Of a stretch of DNA of 44,202 bases, positions 16,756 through 25,123 are shown in pieces. The DNA comes from an uncultured Methanosarcinales archaeon (GTDB taxonomy: Archaea; Nanobdellota; Nanobdellia; Woesearchaeales; GW2011-AR9): positions 1 to 44,202 of the forward strand of contig CAZKNU010000001.1 of assembly GCA_964554235.1 (NCBI GenBank), in the 5' to 3' direction. Each line of letters begins with the position of its first letter. Positions within the stretch are counted from its first letter, which is position 1. Under the pieces are notes generated by a model. That model saw only the letters and a list, made by a program, of their open reading frames with translations. It did not search any database and had not been told where the DNA came from. Position numbers and translations under genes: made by a program.

Positions 16756-19416
16756 TTAAGCATCACCCACGCATTTTCCTTGCTGACAGGTTCCTTTAAA
16801 ATTACCATTAAAATTAGCATCACAAAGACTGCCGTCATCAAAGCCTTTCTCTTTAGGTCCGGAAATGCAGCTGCAATGGAAAGGGAAAGAAGGATCAGGT
16901 AAGTTAGTAATTTCATTTTTAAGTGCTAAAGCATTCAAATTAGTGGTATCAAAACTTCCTAACCGGGTTGGATCTCCAAGGTAAACAACGGCATTAGGAG
17001 CAGTGCAAAATTTCTGGCAACCCATACCTCCATAACACCACCCCTTAATTGGTTTTTTGTCAACAATTTTGTCGACGAAACGGAAGGCTGGCCCATCTTG
17101 GCAGTTACTATTAATGCCCTCGCTACCACTATTACAACCATTTTTGCCAGGAAGACCACACCATAACTGGTCTTGATATAATTGGTTTTCAAAGTCTCCA
17201 TTACACATATTTCCTCGCTTTCCATCACAATACCTTCTTTGTTCTTCCCAAACTAAACCCTTTTTTAAAGCAGTATACCCCATATATTCATTTAATTCGT
17301 TTTTGTATAACTTACTTTTGACTTGACCATAACAGCCCGGTTCAGGATTAGTAAAACAAGGCTCGTCTTCTTTAGTTTTGAATTCAAAGTCAGCATTGCA
17401 GCAACTATGGGTAGCTAAGAAAGGGTTACTGTTTGGTTCAAATTCACCTTTCCAGACATAATTGCCATTTTCGTCTTCGGCAAATTTATACTCGTGATAT
17501 TTTTCCTGCTGAGTTTTAGCACCAGGGTTATAAGCAAAAGGGCGAGTTAGATTAATATGAGGGATGCATTGTTTAACTAACACCGTAGCAGTTTTAGACT
17601 TTCCTAATAAATCAGCAACACAGTAATTCTGGGAAAATTTTAATTCTAAAATTCCCATGCCCAAATCTTGGAAGGGAGATAGTTCAAATTTTTTAAGGAC
17701 TTCGGACCATTTTTTAAGTTCCGTTTCAGAATAACTTTTCATACTACAAGTATAACGGTTCTCCTCCCCTTGCTGAGAAGGAAACGCATAACAATTCTCT
17801 TTAGCAGATTTGTCGTTATAACCTAATCCCACTACGAGATTGACTTTATCCTCGGTAGTATAGGTAAAAGTAACCCCGCCCTTGCCAGTGGTAAGAGAAT
17901 TTTCTGGCAGGGTAACCCGTACAAACACCGGATCCTCCGTAGAGAGGATATAATAATCTTTAGCCATCTTCTGCATAGCTTCTGAATAAGGCACTAAACC
18001 CGTACCTAAATCAATTTTATAATCCATATCTAAAGAAAAATCTACAACCATGGGGCGGTCAACTAAAATTCTTACATTCTGCCAGTCGCTTAATCCGTGC
18101 TCATCAACAGCAATCGCTTTAAGATTAAAAAGACCTTTAAGTAACGGAGTAATCAAATAATTTGGCCCAAGTTTATTACCAAGGTCGCTTTTAAATTCAT
18201 ATTTAACTACTTCGTCTTCATCCGGGTCTAAAGCAAATAAAGTTGTATTGATTTTTCCCAACTTAGGATCGTCTTTGATGACTAAATAATCGTAACCGGC
18301 CTGTAGACATTCTTTTCTTTTGACATAATCTAAAGCCGGCGGCCGATTTTGCCGCACAAAACGATATAAATATTTTTCCGGTTGATCTAAGATGCTCAGG
18401 GACTTAAAGACGAATAAATCGTCACCTTTATCTAAAGGAGTTTTCTCCATTTCTACGCCTAAAGAAGAATATAAATCGAAGTATAAAGCACGGCTGCATA
18501 AAAAATAACTTTTAAACTGGGATACTGCCGGAGAACAGCCGCGAACGGAAATTTCACTCCCATAAGTAAAGGCTGGGCTTTCGATGACTTCTTCAGCATA
18601 ATTAAAATCTACAAATTGCAAATCCATCCCCAAAGGGAAATCTACAGCTGCTTTTAACAATTCTCCAAATTTGCTGGGGTAAAAAAAATCAAATGTGGAT
18701 AAGTGAAAAAATTCTTCCTGACCGACGCTAAATTTTAAAGGGTAATTAATATTAACATCAATTCCATCCGGAAAAATCTGTAATTTTAAATCCATTCCGT
18801 CTGATTCAACGTCTAAGCTGCTGGAAACCTTATTTTTAACGAAAGTTTCTACACACCACTGCGCTTTTTCGGTTAAGAACCTTCTTAAGTCAGCTTCAAT
18901 CGTGCTTTTTTGAATTTCTAATTCCCCAAATTTTAATTTAGTGTTAGGATATTCGTAATGACAGAATTCTTCAGGAGTAGAATCATTATTACAGGGATAA
19001 GCTTGAGGAAAAAGTGGATAAAGTTTATTGGTGATGGCATAAAAGATTCTTTCTTCATCTGTTCCAGGAGGATAACTTTTTCCGGTAACTCCTTCCTCAA
19101 ACTTTATTCTTCCTCCGGGCTGATCATCCCAGAGCCGGCCTTGTTTGCCGATTAGCACCAAGCCTTGCTCTAATTCATCGGCCAAACAATCTTCCACAAA
19201 AATACGTAAAGCTTCTTTTTTGAAAAGTTTAGAAATGGACTCTTCCTGTGCTTCTTTTAATTGCCTTTCCTTAAACTGCCCGGTAATGGCAATTACCATC
19301 AGAAAAGCAAACAGGATTAGAATACCCATAATCATAAAAATAGTTATTTGTGCTGTTTTCTTGCGGTTAAAATTAGCCTGCTCACTACTAGCTCTATTCT
19401 TCCTCTTTTTGTACAT
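16756..19416 (-). CDS. 886-aa N-terminally anchored (possibly class III signal) Cys-rich surface protein
   Basis: ...FNRKKTA|QITIFMIMGILILFAFLMVIAITG. A possible cadherin/Ig-like segment (ALDPDEDEVVKYEF...AIAVDEHGLSDWQNVRILVDRP). The C-terminal about 250 aa are very Cys-rich. Confidence 0.8.
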   Translation of the reverse strand: MYKKRKNRASSEQANFNRKKTAQITIFMIMGILILFAFLMVIAITGQFKERQLKEAQEESISKLFKKEALRIFVEDCLADELEQGLVLIGKQGRLWDDQPGGRIKFEEGVTGKSYPPGTDEERIFYAITNKLYPLFPQAYPCNNDSTPEEFCHYEYPNTKLKFGELEIQKSTIEADLRRFLTEKAQWCVETFVKNKVSSSLDVESDGMDLKLQIFPDGIDVNINYPLKFSVGQEEFFHLSTFDFFYPSKFGELLKAAVDFPLGMDLQFVDFNYAEEVIESPAFTYGSEISVRGCSPAVSQFKSYFLCSRALYFDLYSSLGVEMEKTPLDKGDDLFVFKSLSILDQPEKYLYRFVRQNRPPALDYVKRKECLQAGYDYLVIKDDPKLGKINTTLFALDPDEDEVVKYEFKSDLGNKLGPNYLITPLLKGLFNLKAIAVDEHGLSDWQNVRILVDRPMVVDFSLDMDYKIDLGTGLVPYSEAMQKMAKDYYILSTEDPVFVRVTLPENSLTTGKGGVTFTYTTEDKVNLVVGLGYNDKSAKENCYAFPSQQGEENRYTCSMKSYSETELKKWSEVLKKFELSPFQDLGMGILELKFSQNYCVADLLGKSKTATVLVKQCIPHINLTRPFAYNPGAKTQQEKYHEYKFAEDENGNYVWKGEFEPNSNPFLATHSCCNADFEFKTKEDEPCFTNPEPGCYGQVKSKLYKNELNEYMGYTALKKGLVWEEQRRYCDGKRGNMCNGDFENQLYQDQLWCGLPGKNGCNSGSEGINSNCQDGPAFRFVDKIVDKKPIKGWCYGGMGCQKFCTAPNAVVYLGDPTRLGSFDTTNLNALALKNEITNLPDPSFPFHCSCISGPKEKGFDDGSLCDANFNGNFKGTCQQGKCVGDA

Positions 19417-19441
19417 ACAGCTAAAAAGAAACCTTTAAGAC

Positions 19442-19449
19442 TTATAAAT
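19442..19449 (-). promoter_or_regulatory. TATA-box-like element upstream of the 886-aa gene
   Basis: ttataaat sits 26 nt upstream of ATG 19416. Confidence 0.4.
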
Positions 19450-19476
19450 TTATTTAAGAAAGTTTATTTAAGAAAG
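19449..19476. repeat. perfect 14-nt tandem duplication (tttatttaagaaag x2)
   Basis: Read directly: 19449-19462 equals 19463-19476. It lies in the spacer between the 1779-aa and 886-aa genes. Confidence 0.9.
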
Positions 19477-19510
19477 AAAAGCTAAATAAAATAACCAACA
19501 AGCAACTAAT

Positions 19511-22500
19511 TTAACTAACTCTTAATTTACCGGTCAACTGCGGCCAGAAGAAATCCAAACCCGCAACTACTTCTACTTTTTGCTTGGAACCATCTACCGA
19601 ACAAGTTACTTTTTCCATTCCAGATAACTCTTCTAATAGTTCAGATTCTGCTTCTAAAGGTAATTTAATATTGTTGATATAATCACACACCGGAGTTTTA
19701 AAATTATCATATTCAGCGATTAAAGCTTGTTTTCCGGGTAAAACTTCTTTTAAAGCTCTTACTTTCTTTTCTCCCTGTTTTAAAATATAAATGTCCCGGA
19801 AATTTTTAGCTTTGGTCAGGAAACTTTTTTCATCAGATAGTTTGCTTTTTAGACCGAATAAATCATTAAACCATTGGGTTATTTTTTGAGTGATTTTCTT
19901 CCCTAATCCCGGCTCCAGATTTAAGCCTTCCTTGGCATAAATTATTGCATTTAAATCTTGGGAATAAAATAAGTCAGCATTAGGCAAGTTTAACCCGCTT
20001 AGGTCGCAAGGAGTAAATTTACCGGGTAGTGCACTTTTACAGATCTCTTTTATTTTGGCCGGAGAAATTTCTGCCGGAATTAAAGTGTTCAAGAAAGATT
20101 TTTCATTATCAATCTTCCGATTTAAAGTGGTGGCAAAGGCTAACTTAGTTTGTTTGCCGTCTTTATATTTCAGGACACAGAGGTTATTCACACAGGTATT
20201 TTCTTGATCTTGCACTAAATTACCTGTTCCGGTAATACTTTTAAAAGTATTATAACAAGTAGAAAGTAATTGTGGTTTCTGGGCCAGCTCTCCCATTTTT
20301 TGTTTGCTGGCATCTTTTAGTTTAACCTCACCACCAAGATAATCTTCTTCGTCTTTAAATTCCAATAACACTTCAGCATAAGGAGAGCAATACAAAATAT
20401 AATCATCATCCTCGGCAACTTCAACTAATTTTGAAGCTACAAATTTAGTCCGGCTGGTCCAATCACCATTGTCGCAGTAATGGTCTAAAATATACTGGGC
20501 CGAGTCGATACAGATAGGATATTTTCCTTCGTAAAAACTGCCGGCAGTATTTTCATCCTTGCCGGTAGGAAGAACAAAACACTGCTCTTTCTTCTTGCAG
20601 AAGCCCCAGTTCTTTTCATTCCAATCTAATTTAACATCACCTTTAACCCATTTTCCAGCAATACAGCGGTAGTTTCGTTCCTCGTTAATGTATTCCGTTA
20701 AGGAGGTGGATTCAGTCATCGGCCGAACACAGGCATAACCATTCCAGCAGAAATCTTGCGGACAACAGGCCTGTCCGGAACGGGCATTAAAGTTTTCTAA
20801 TAAAGGCTGGGGCTTATAGGTAGAGAAATCAGTTAGTTTAAATTCATCTTTTAATTGCAAGACCGGTTTTTCAATCTTACAATAGCCGGTAAATTCTAAC
20901 ACTAAATAAGATGCATCCCCGGTTTCTATATTGGTCAAATCTTCCGCTTCACCGGTAGCTTTACCGTCTTTGTCAAACAGGAAGCCTTTAACATTTTTAC
21001 AAGCTTGAGTTTGGGAGAAATGTAATTTGCTGTTTTTAGGCACGGCAATGCGCTCTGAACGCAATTTTTCGTTGTCGGCAGTTAAAGATAAAACTCGGGT
21101 TTCTTGGTCAACATAATTATGTTCTTCTTTTTTAACCGGTTCATTATTTTTAAAAATATCCCAATGAGGGATTTGTCCTTGAGCACCATAATACTCAAAT
21201 TCAGGATTGGAAATGAAATTGCGGGCTGGAAGAACCGAAGTAGAAAAGTTTCTTTTTTTAGCTGGAAAATTTTCTGCATCTAAAACTAATTCTGTTCGTT
21301 CATAAAATTGAGCAAGCGTTTCATCTTCATCAGGGACACTCATCGCTTCTTTATCATAACCAACATAATTAATATCTGCATCGCTCCAAGAATTAATCGT
21401 AGTGAAGCGTTCTTGATTAAATTCTCTTTCGACACTATAAGAGCAGAACCAGTTGTCAACAACAGAACAATAAGGCATATTCTTGTATTCTTTAAAACCG
21501 AATAAATTTTCCGGTGTTTTTTCCAGGAAAGAGGCTGCCTGGCAGCCGTAAAAGCCCGGTTCTGGTTTTGCATCTACTCCCTTATTATAAAATAAGATTT
21601 GCTGGGCTACTTTTTGTACTTGTATATTCCCAAACAGATTAAATATATTATTCTGTGGCGTTATCAAAGTTTGGATTGTTAAATCATTTTCGTCTGCAGC
21701 AATAAAAAATAATTCATATAATTCTGGATTAGGATTAATAATTTTATACTTCTTTTCGCCGGGAGGAGGAAAACTGTCTGGTAAAGGGTATGTACATTTA
21801 TCCTTACCAATGCAGGAATAAGTTTGTTTAACAGAAGTTTTCTTGATTACTGGTTCTTCCGTTTTCAGTGGGAAATGCACGCCCTCTTTAAGTTTAGCGA
21901 CGACGGCTAAAGGGTGGTTCCAGACTTCTTGGGCTTCGCCTTTTTCAATATACCAAGATCCGGGAGGAACTAAAATAGCTTCATTATCGTCCAAGACTGA
22001 TTCTCCTTTCCCTAACAATTTGCCGACGGGCTCGTTGGTAAGCAAATCATAAACGACTAATTCTGCATACCCAGTAAATTCTTGATCCGCAGATTCCATC
22101 GCTTTAAACCACAAGACCGTTTTTCCGGGAAGGGCATTGAATTTAGAAAAACTAAAAGAACCTAATTGTTGAAAAGTGCTGCCTGGTTGTAAAATAGTTG
22201 AGCTGTAATAGCCTATAGAAGAACCACCCGGCTTGGGGAAATCATAATTAACCTTCAACGTAACTCCTGGCATTTTAATATTCTTAGTCGTATATTCTAC
22301 GGCTTTACCCCAATATTCAACTTCAAATTCCACATTCATGGCCGTAGCCCCGGAAGCAATCACTTCTGAATTCCAGCAGCCAAAGCGATTAAAAGTAGTA
22401 GGAGTTTCGTCTGTGCCTTTGGTAACTTCTTGTTCCGGACTGCTGCCAGCATAATACTCATGCGGATCGTTTCCGCAACAATTAGCTGTTCCTCTTTCAC

Positions 22501-24850
22501 TCTGGTCGATTTCTTCATCCGTGCCTAACCAGGCCTTCTTCCCATATAGTTGAGTACATAAAGTTTCGCCGGTAAGTTTAGTTTGTCCAGAATCATAATC
22601 TGCATCAGTAATCCAATTATTAACCTCTTTAGAGTTTATTCCTGAACAAAGTAAAGGTTCTTCATTTTCTTTGCTTAAATAAATATTTCTAATACCTAAA
22701 AGAAATTTTTCACCAGTGTCAAAATTAATTTGCTTAATATTCTTTAAATTTTTAGGTAGAGGAACACGCACATGCATCCATTGCTGTTCCTCACTGGAAA
22801 ACAAAGGGTTATTGATGACGTAACTTAACACATTCTGTTGAAAAAAGATTTGGTCTTCTGGACCACGAATAGTTAGTTCAACATCTAAAGGTAAGTCTTT
22901 GTCTTCAATCTTCGCAGGAGTACCGGCTTCATCACTAACAAAGCGAACCATAAAATTCAAATAATCGTAACCGGAAAAATCTAACAGCGTACCTTTGCCA
23001 TAGAAAGTGTCATACCAACGGGCTAGAATTTCAACGGTGGGCTCGTATCTGTCTTTGGTAAAGTCTTCTATTCCTTCTGCAGTTTCTTTTCTCAGCGGCA
23101 GCGTAAATAATCCTTCTCCTTCCAGCCGGCCTTTAAGGTTATCATTTCCGCGCCAATCGTCTTTCCCAGTACATTCTGCCCAGCTGTAATGATCTCCTTC
23201 TTTATAACAGTAGTAATGGTTGCTTCTTATGGCTAAATCTTCTACATTTTCTCCAGTATCCGGAGCAGGAATGGTCCTGGTTTTAGCATCATAAGTGGTA
23301 GCATTACAAATGTACCAATCATAGTTATTGGAAACCACATCAAAAGCAGGTTTGCTCGGTTTTTTAAGAGTAAGAATACTATATTTAGCATTGTCAAAAG
23401 CATTTAACCAGCACCAATCACCGGGACAGCGAACTGAAGTGCCCTGATTATCAGGATTAGAATTTGGTTCCGGAGGAGGAGCAATAGTTTTGTCCCATTT
23501 TAAGTCTTGATCCATCCCCGCTAATTCTTCATCTTTGTTTAAGCAGATAAACTGCCCGCCTTTATCATTTCCTTTGCCTTCTCTTTTAACCCCTAAATCT
23601 TCTATGCCATTAAAGCCGCAGCAGTAACCTTCCTCTTCTCCGGTTTGAATCCAGGAGAATTGTTGATTGTAGATATTTTTTTGTGTTGCTGGGCAAATAA
23701 TATCTTCACAATCTTTTTTTATTTTCTTTCCTTCTTCATCAACTTCGCATAGAATATCTTCAGTACAGGTTGCATCCCCTGTTGTTTGCATACAAGCCGC
23801 TTTGTTGTTGTGGCAGTTGTCAGGAGTATCACCAATTAAACCTGGTCCGATTAAAGAACTTTTACTATGAGTTCCATAAGTAAGACAGTCATTATTTAAT
23901 TCATCGCCGCAAACTTCCGGTGCGCCGGGATTGATGCAGATAGCGCATTTGGAATTATCTGGATATTTACAATTAGAATCGCCAGTTTCTAAATCTACGG
24001 CCTGCTGCGGGCAAAGGTTGGGATTAGTAGCATCAGCTAATAAATTTTTATTGGGGTCTTTAGGATCGCCATTAGCACAATCACCCATGTCATCAGTGTA
24101 ACCGTCTTTGTCGTAATCGTAGCCGAGAAGAGGTTGCCAGACCGAAACATATACTCCTGAACCTTTGGATGTTTCTACTTTAGTGCAATTATAGGCTTTG
24201 TCATTGGCCCAGGTTAGCGTTCCTTGCTGCTCTACAGTAAGATCACATTTATGCCAGAGTTCATCGTCGGAACAGATTAAAGCGTTTGTAGAATAAAACC
24301 AATAGTTTAAAACACAATCATCAGCATCATTGTCACTACCACAGCCAGCCGGAGCCATCCACCCTATATTACCCCCGCCTTCGTTTACTTTGTTTGATCT
24401 CGGATAAGTTTTGGTTATTGAATCATAAATCTTTCCTGGAGAATTGATTACCCAAGCAAAGTCATCATTGTCTGTACCCCCATCAGCTTCAATAACTAAA
24501 AACCAGCAACCAGAACCTAAACCTGTCTTTGAAGGTACATTGCCTAATGCAGTTATTTGTGATAAATCACATTCACCATCTCCAACTAGTGCTGTTTTTG
24601 TATTAGGAGCAGAAAATTTAGTTTCATCAAGCCATTCTTCACGATAATCTGCTTTTGGATCTCCGGCTAATTGATCAGCAAGATCGTTATCACAATCATT
24701 ATCTCCTGCCTGACCAACTCCATGCTCATCATAACGACCTCCAATACTTACCCATTTCCCAACATTTATCTCCATCGCCAATCCAGAACTACTTAAAACT
24801 ACTAAAAATAGAAGTAAAACTACTAGTAACATCCCTCTTTTTTTATTCAT
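19511..24850 (-). CDS. giant (1779 aa) secreted Cys-rich protein
   Basis: Uninterrupted 5.3-kb ORF. Signal is MNKKRGMLLVVLLLFLVVLSSSGLAME. It has Asp-rich Ca-binding-like loops (DNDCDNDLAD, GYDYDKDGYTDDMGDC). CINPGAPEVCGDELNNDC matches the MopE-type putative metal-binding motif as I remember it. No C-terminal TM segment. Confidence 0.85.
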   Translation of the reverse strand: MNKKRGMLLVVLLLFLVVLSSSGLAMEINVGKWVSIGGRYDEHGVGQAGDNDCDNDLADQLAGDPKADYREEWLDETKFSAPNTKTALVGDGECDLSQITALGNVPSKTGLGSGCWFLVIEADGGTDNDDFAWVINSPGKIYDSITKTYPRSNKVNEGGGNIGWMAPAGCGSDNDADDCVLNYWFYSTNALICSDDELWHKCDLTVEQQGTLTWANDKAYNCTKVETSKGSGVYVSVWQPLLGYDYDKDGYTDDMGDCANGDPKDPNKNLLADATNPNLCPQQAVDLETGDSNCKYPDNSKCAICINPGAPEVCGDELNNDCLTYGTHSKSSLIGPGLIGDTPDNCHNNKAACMQTTGDATCTEDILCEVDEEGKKIKKDCEDIICPATQKNIYNQQFSWIQTGEEEGYCCGFNGIEDLGVKREGKGNDKGGQFICLNKDEELAGMDQDLKWDKTIAPPPEPNSNPDNQGTSVRCPGDWCWLNAFDNAKYSILTLKKPSKPAFDVVSNNYDWYICNATTYDAKTRTIPAPDTGENVEDLAIRSNHYYCYKEGDHYSWAECTGKDDWRGNDNLKGRLEGEGLFTLPLRKETAEGIEDFTKDRYEPTVEILARWYDTFYGKGTLLDFSGYDYLNFMVRFVSDEAGTPAKIEDKDLPLDVELTIRGPEDQIFFQQNVLSYVINNPLFSSEEQQWMHVRVPLPKNLKNIKQINFDTGEKFLLGIRNIYLSKENEEPLLCSGINSKEVNNWITDADYDSGQTKLTGETLCTQLYGKKAWLGTDEEIDQSERGTANCCGNDPHEYYAGSSPEQEVTKGTDETPTTFNRFGCWNSEVIASGATAMNVEFEVEYWGKAVEYTTKNIKMPGVTLKVNYDFPKPGGSSIGYYSSTILQPGSTFQQLGSFSFSKFNALPGKTVLWFKAMESADQEFTGYAELVVYDLLTNEPVGKLLGKGESVLDDNEAILVPPGSWYIEKGEAQEVWNHPLAVVAKLKEGVHFPLKTEEPVIKKTSVKQTYSCIGKDKCTYPLPDSFPPPGEKKYKIINPNPELYELFFIAADENDLTIQTLITPQNNIFNLFGNIQVQKVAQQILFYNKGVDAKPEPGFYGCQAASFLEKTPENLFGFKEYKNMPYCSVVDNWFCSYSVEREFNQERFTTINSWSDADINYVGYDKEAMSVPDEDETLAQFYERTELVLDAENFPAKKRNFSTSVLPARNFISNPEFEYYGAQGQIPHWDIFKNNEPVKKEEHNYVDQETRVLSLTADNEKLRSERIAVPKNSKLHFSQTQACKNVKGFLFDKDGKATGEAEDLTNIETGDASYLVLEFTGYCKIEKPVLQLKDEFKLTDFSTYKPQPLLENFNARSGQACCPQDFCWNGYACVRPMTESTSLTEYINEERNYRCIAGKWVKGDVKLDWNEKNWGFCKKKEQCFVLPTGKDENTAGSFYEGKYPICIDSAQYILDHYCDNGDWTSRTKFVASKLVEVAEDDDYILYCSPYAEVLLEFKDEEDYLGGEVKLKDASKQKMGELAQKPQLLSTCYNTFKSITGTGNLVQDQENTCVNNLCVLKYKDGKQTKLAFATTLNRKIDNEKSFLNTLIPAEISPAKIKEICKSALPGKFTPCDLSGLNLPNADLFYSQDLNAIIYAKEGLNLEPGLGKKITQKITQWFNDLFGLKSKLSDEKSFLTKAKNFRDIYILKQGEKKVRALKEVLPGKQALIAEYDNFKTPVCDYINNIKLPLEAESELLEELSGMEKVTCSVDGSKQKVEVVAGLDFFWPQLTGKLRVS

Positions 24851-24880
24851 CTTAACTTAGAAGAAATCAATTACTTTATC

Positions 24881-24888
24881 TTTATAAA
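24881..24888 (-). promoter_or_regulatory. TATA-box-like element (TTTATAAA) upstream of the 1779-aa gene
   Basis: tttataaatg sits 31 nt upstream of ATG 24850. It is the same 10-mer as in front of the 2088-aa gene. The core is palindromic, so it could also fire rightward. Confidence 0.45.
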
Positions 24889-24969
24889 TGTTATCGCAAA
24901 AATCCGCCACACTCGTCCTACATGGCGAGTTTGTTTGAGCACTTACTTTAACGAGTTGGTTTTTGGGAT

Positions 24970-25037
24970 GCAAGAAGGCAAAGCCTTCTGCACAGAAAAC
25001 TAAGTGGTTTTCTTGTGCCAAAAACACGCTGTTTTTG
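24970..25037. other. three abutting stem-loops in a relatively GC-rich spacer (candidate small structured RNA or terminator/attenuator)
   Basis: Hairpin 1 (24970-24991): gcaAgaaggc-aaa-gccttctgc. Hairpin 2 (24991-25017): cacagaaaac-taagtg-gttttcTtgtg, 10 bp with one bulge. Hairpin 3 (25019-25037): caaaaaca-cgc-tgtttttg, 8 bp perfect. Confidence 0.5.
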
Positions 25038-25123
25038 TGCATGAGGATTAATGCTCAATAGAAAATTTAAAAAAATAGAGCAACAACTATTATCTGCATT
25101 GCACTTTTCATTCTAACCATAAC

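Noticed and set aside
10762-24855. Plus-strand 60-97-aa ORFs, and the minus-strand off-frame ORFs 16959-17228, 21082-21279 and 21340-21573, inside the giant genes
   Set aside because: They are embedded within uninterrupted 2.6-6.3-kb ORFs and have no independent signals. They are expected by chance in genes this long.
24857-25042. 61-aa ORF MHKNSVFLAQENHLVF...
   Set aside because: It spans a spacer made of stacked hairpins plus the downstream gene's promoter. There is no Shine-Dalgarno or TATA at a sensible distance and no recognisable fold pattern. The region is better explained as RNA structure or a regulatory spacer.
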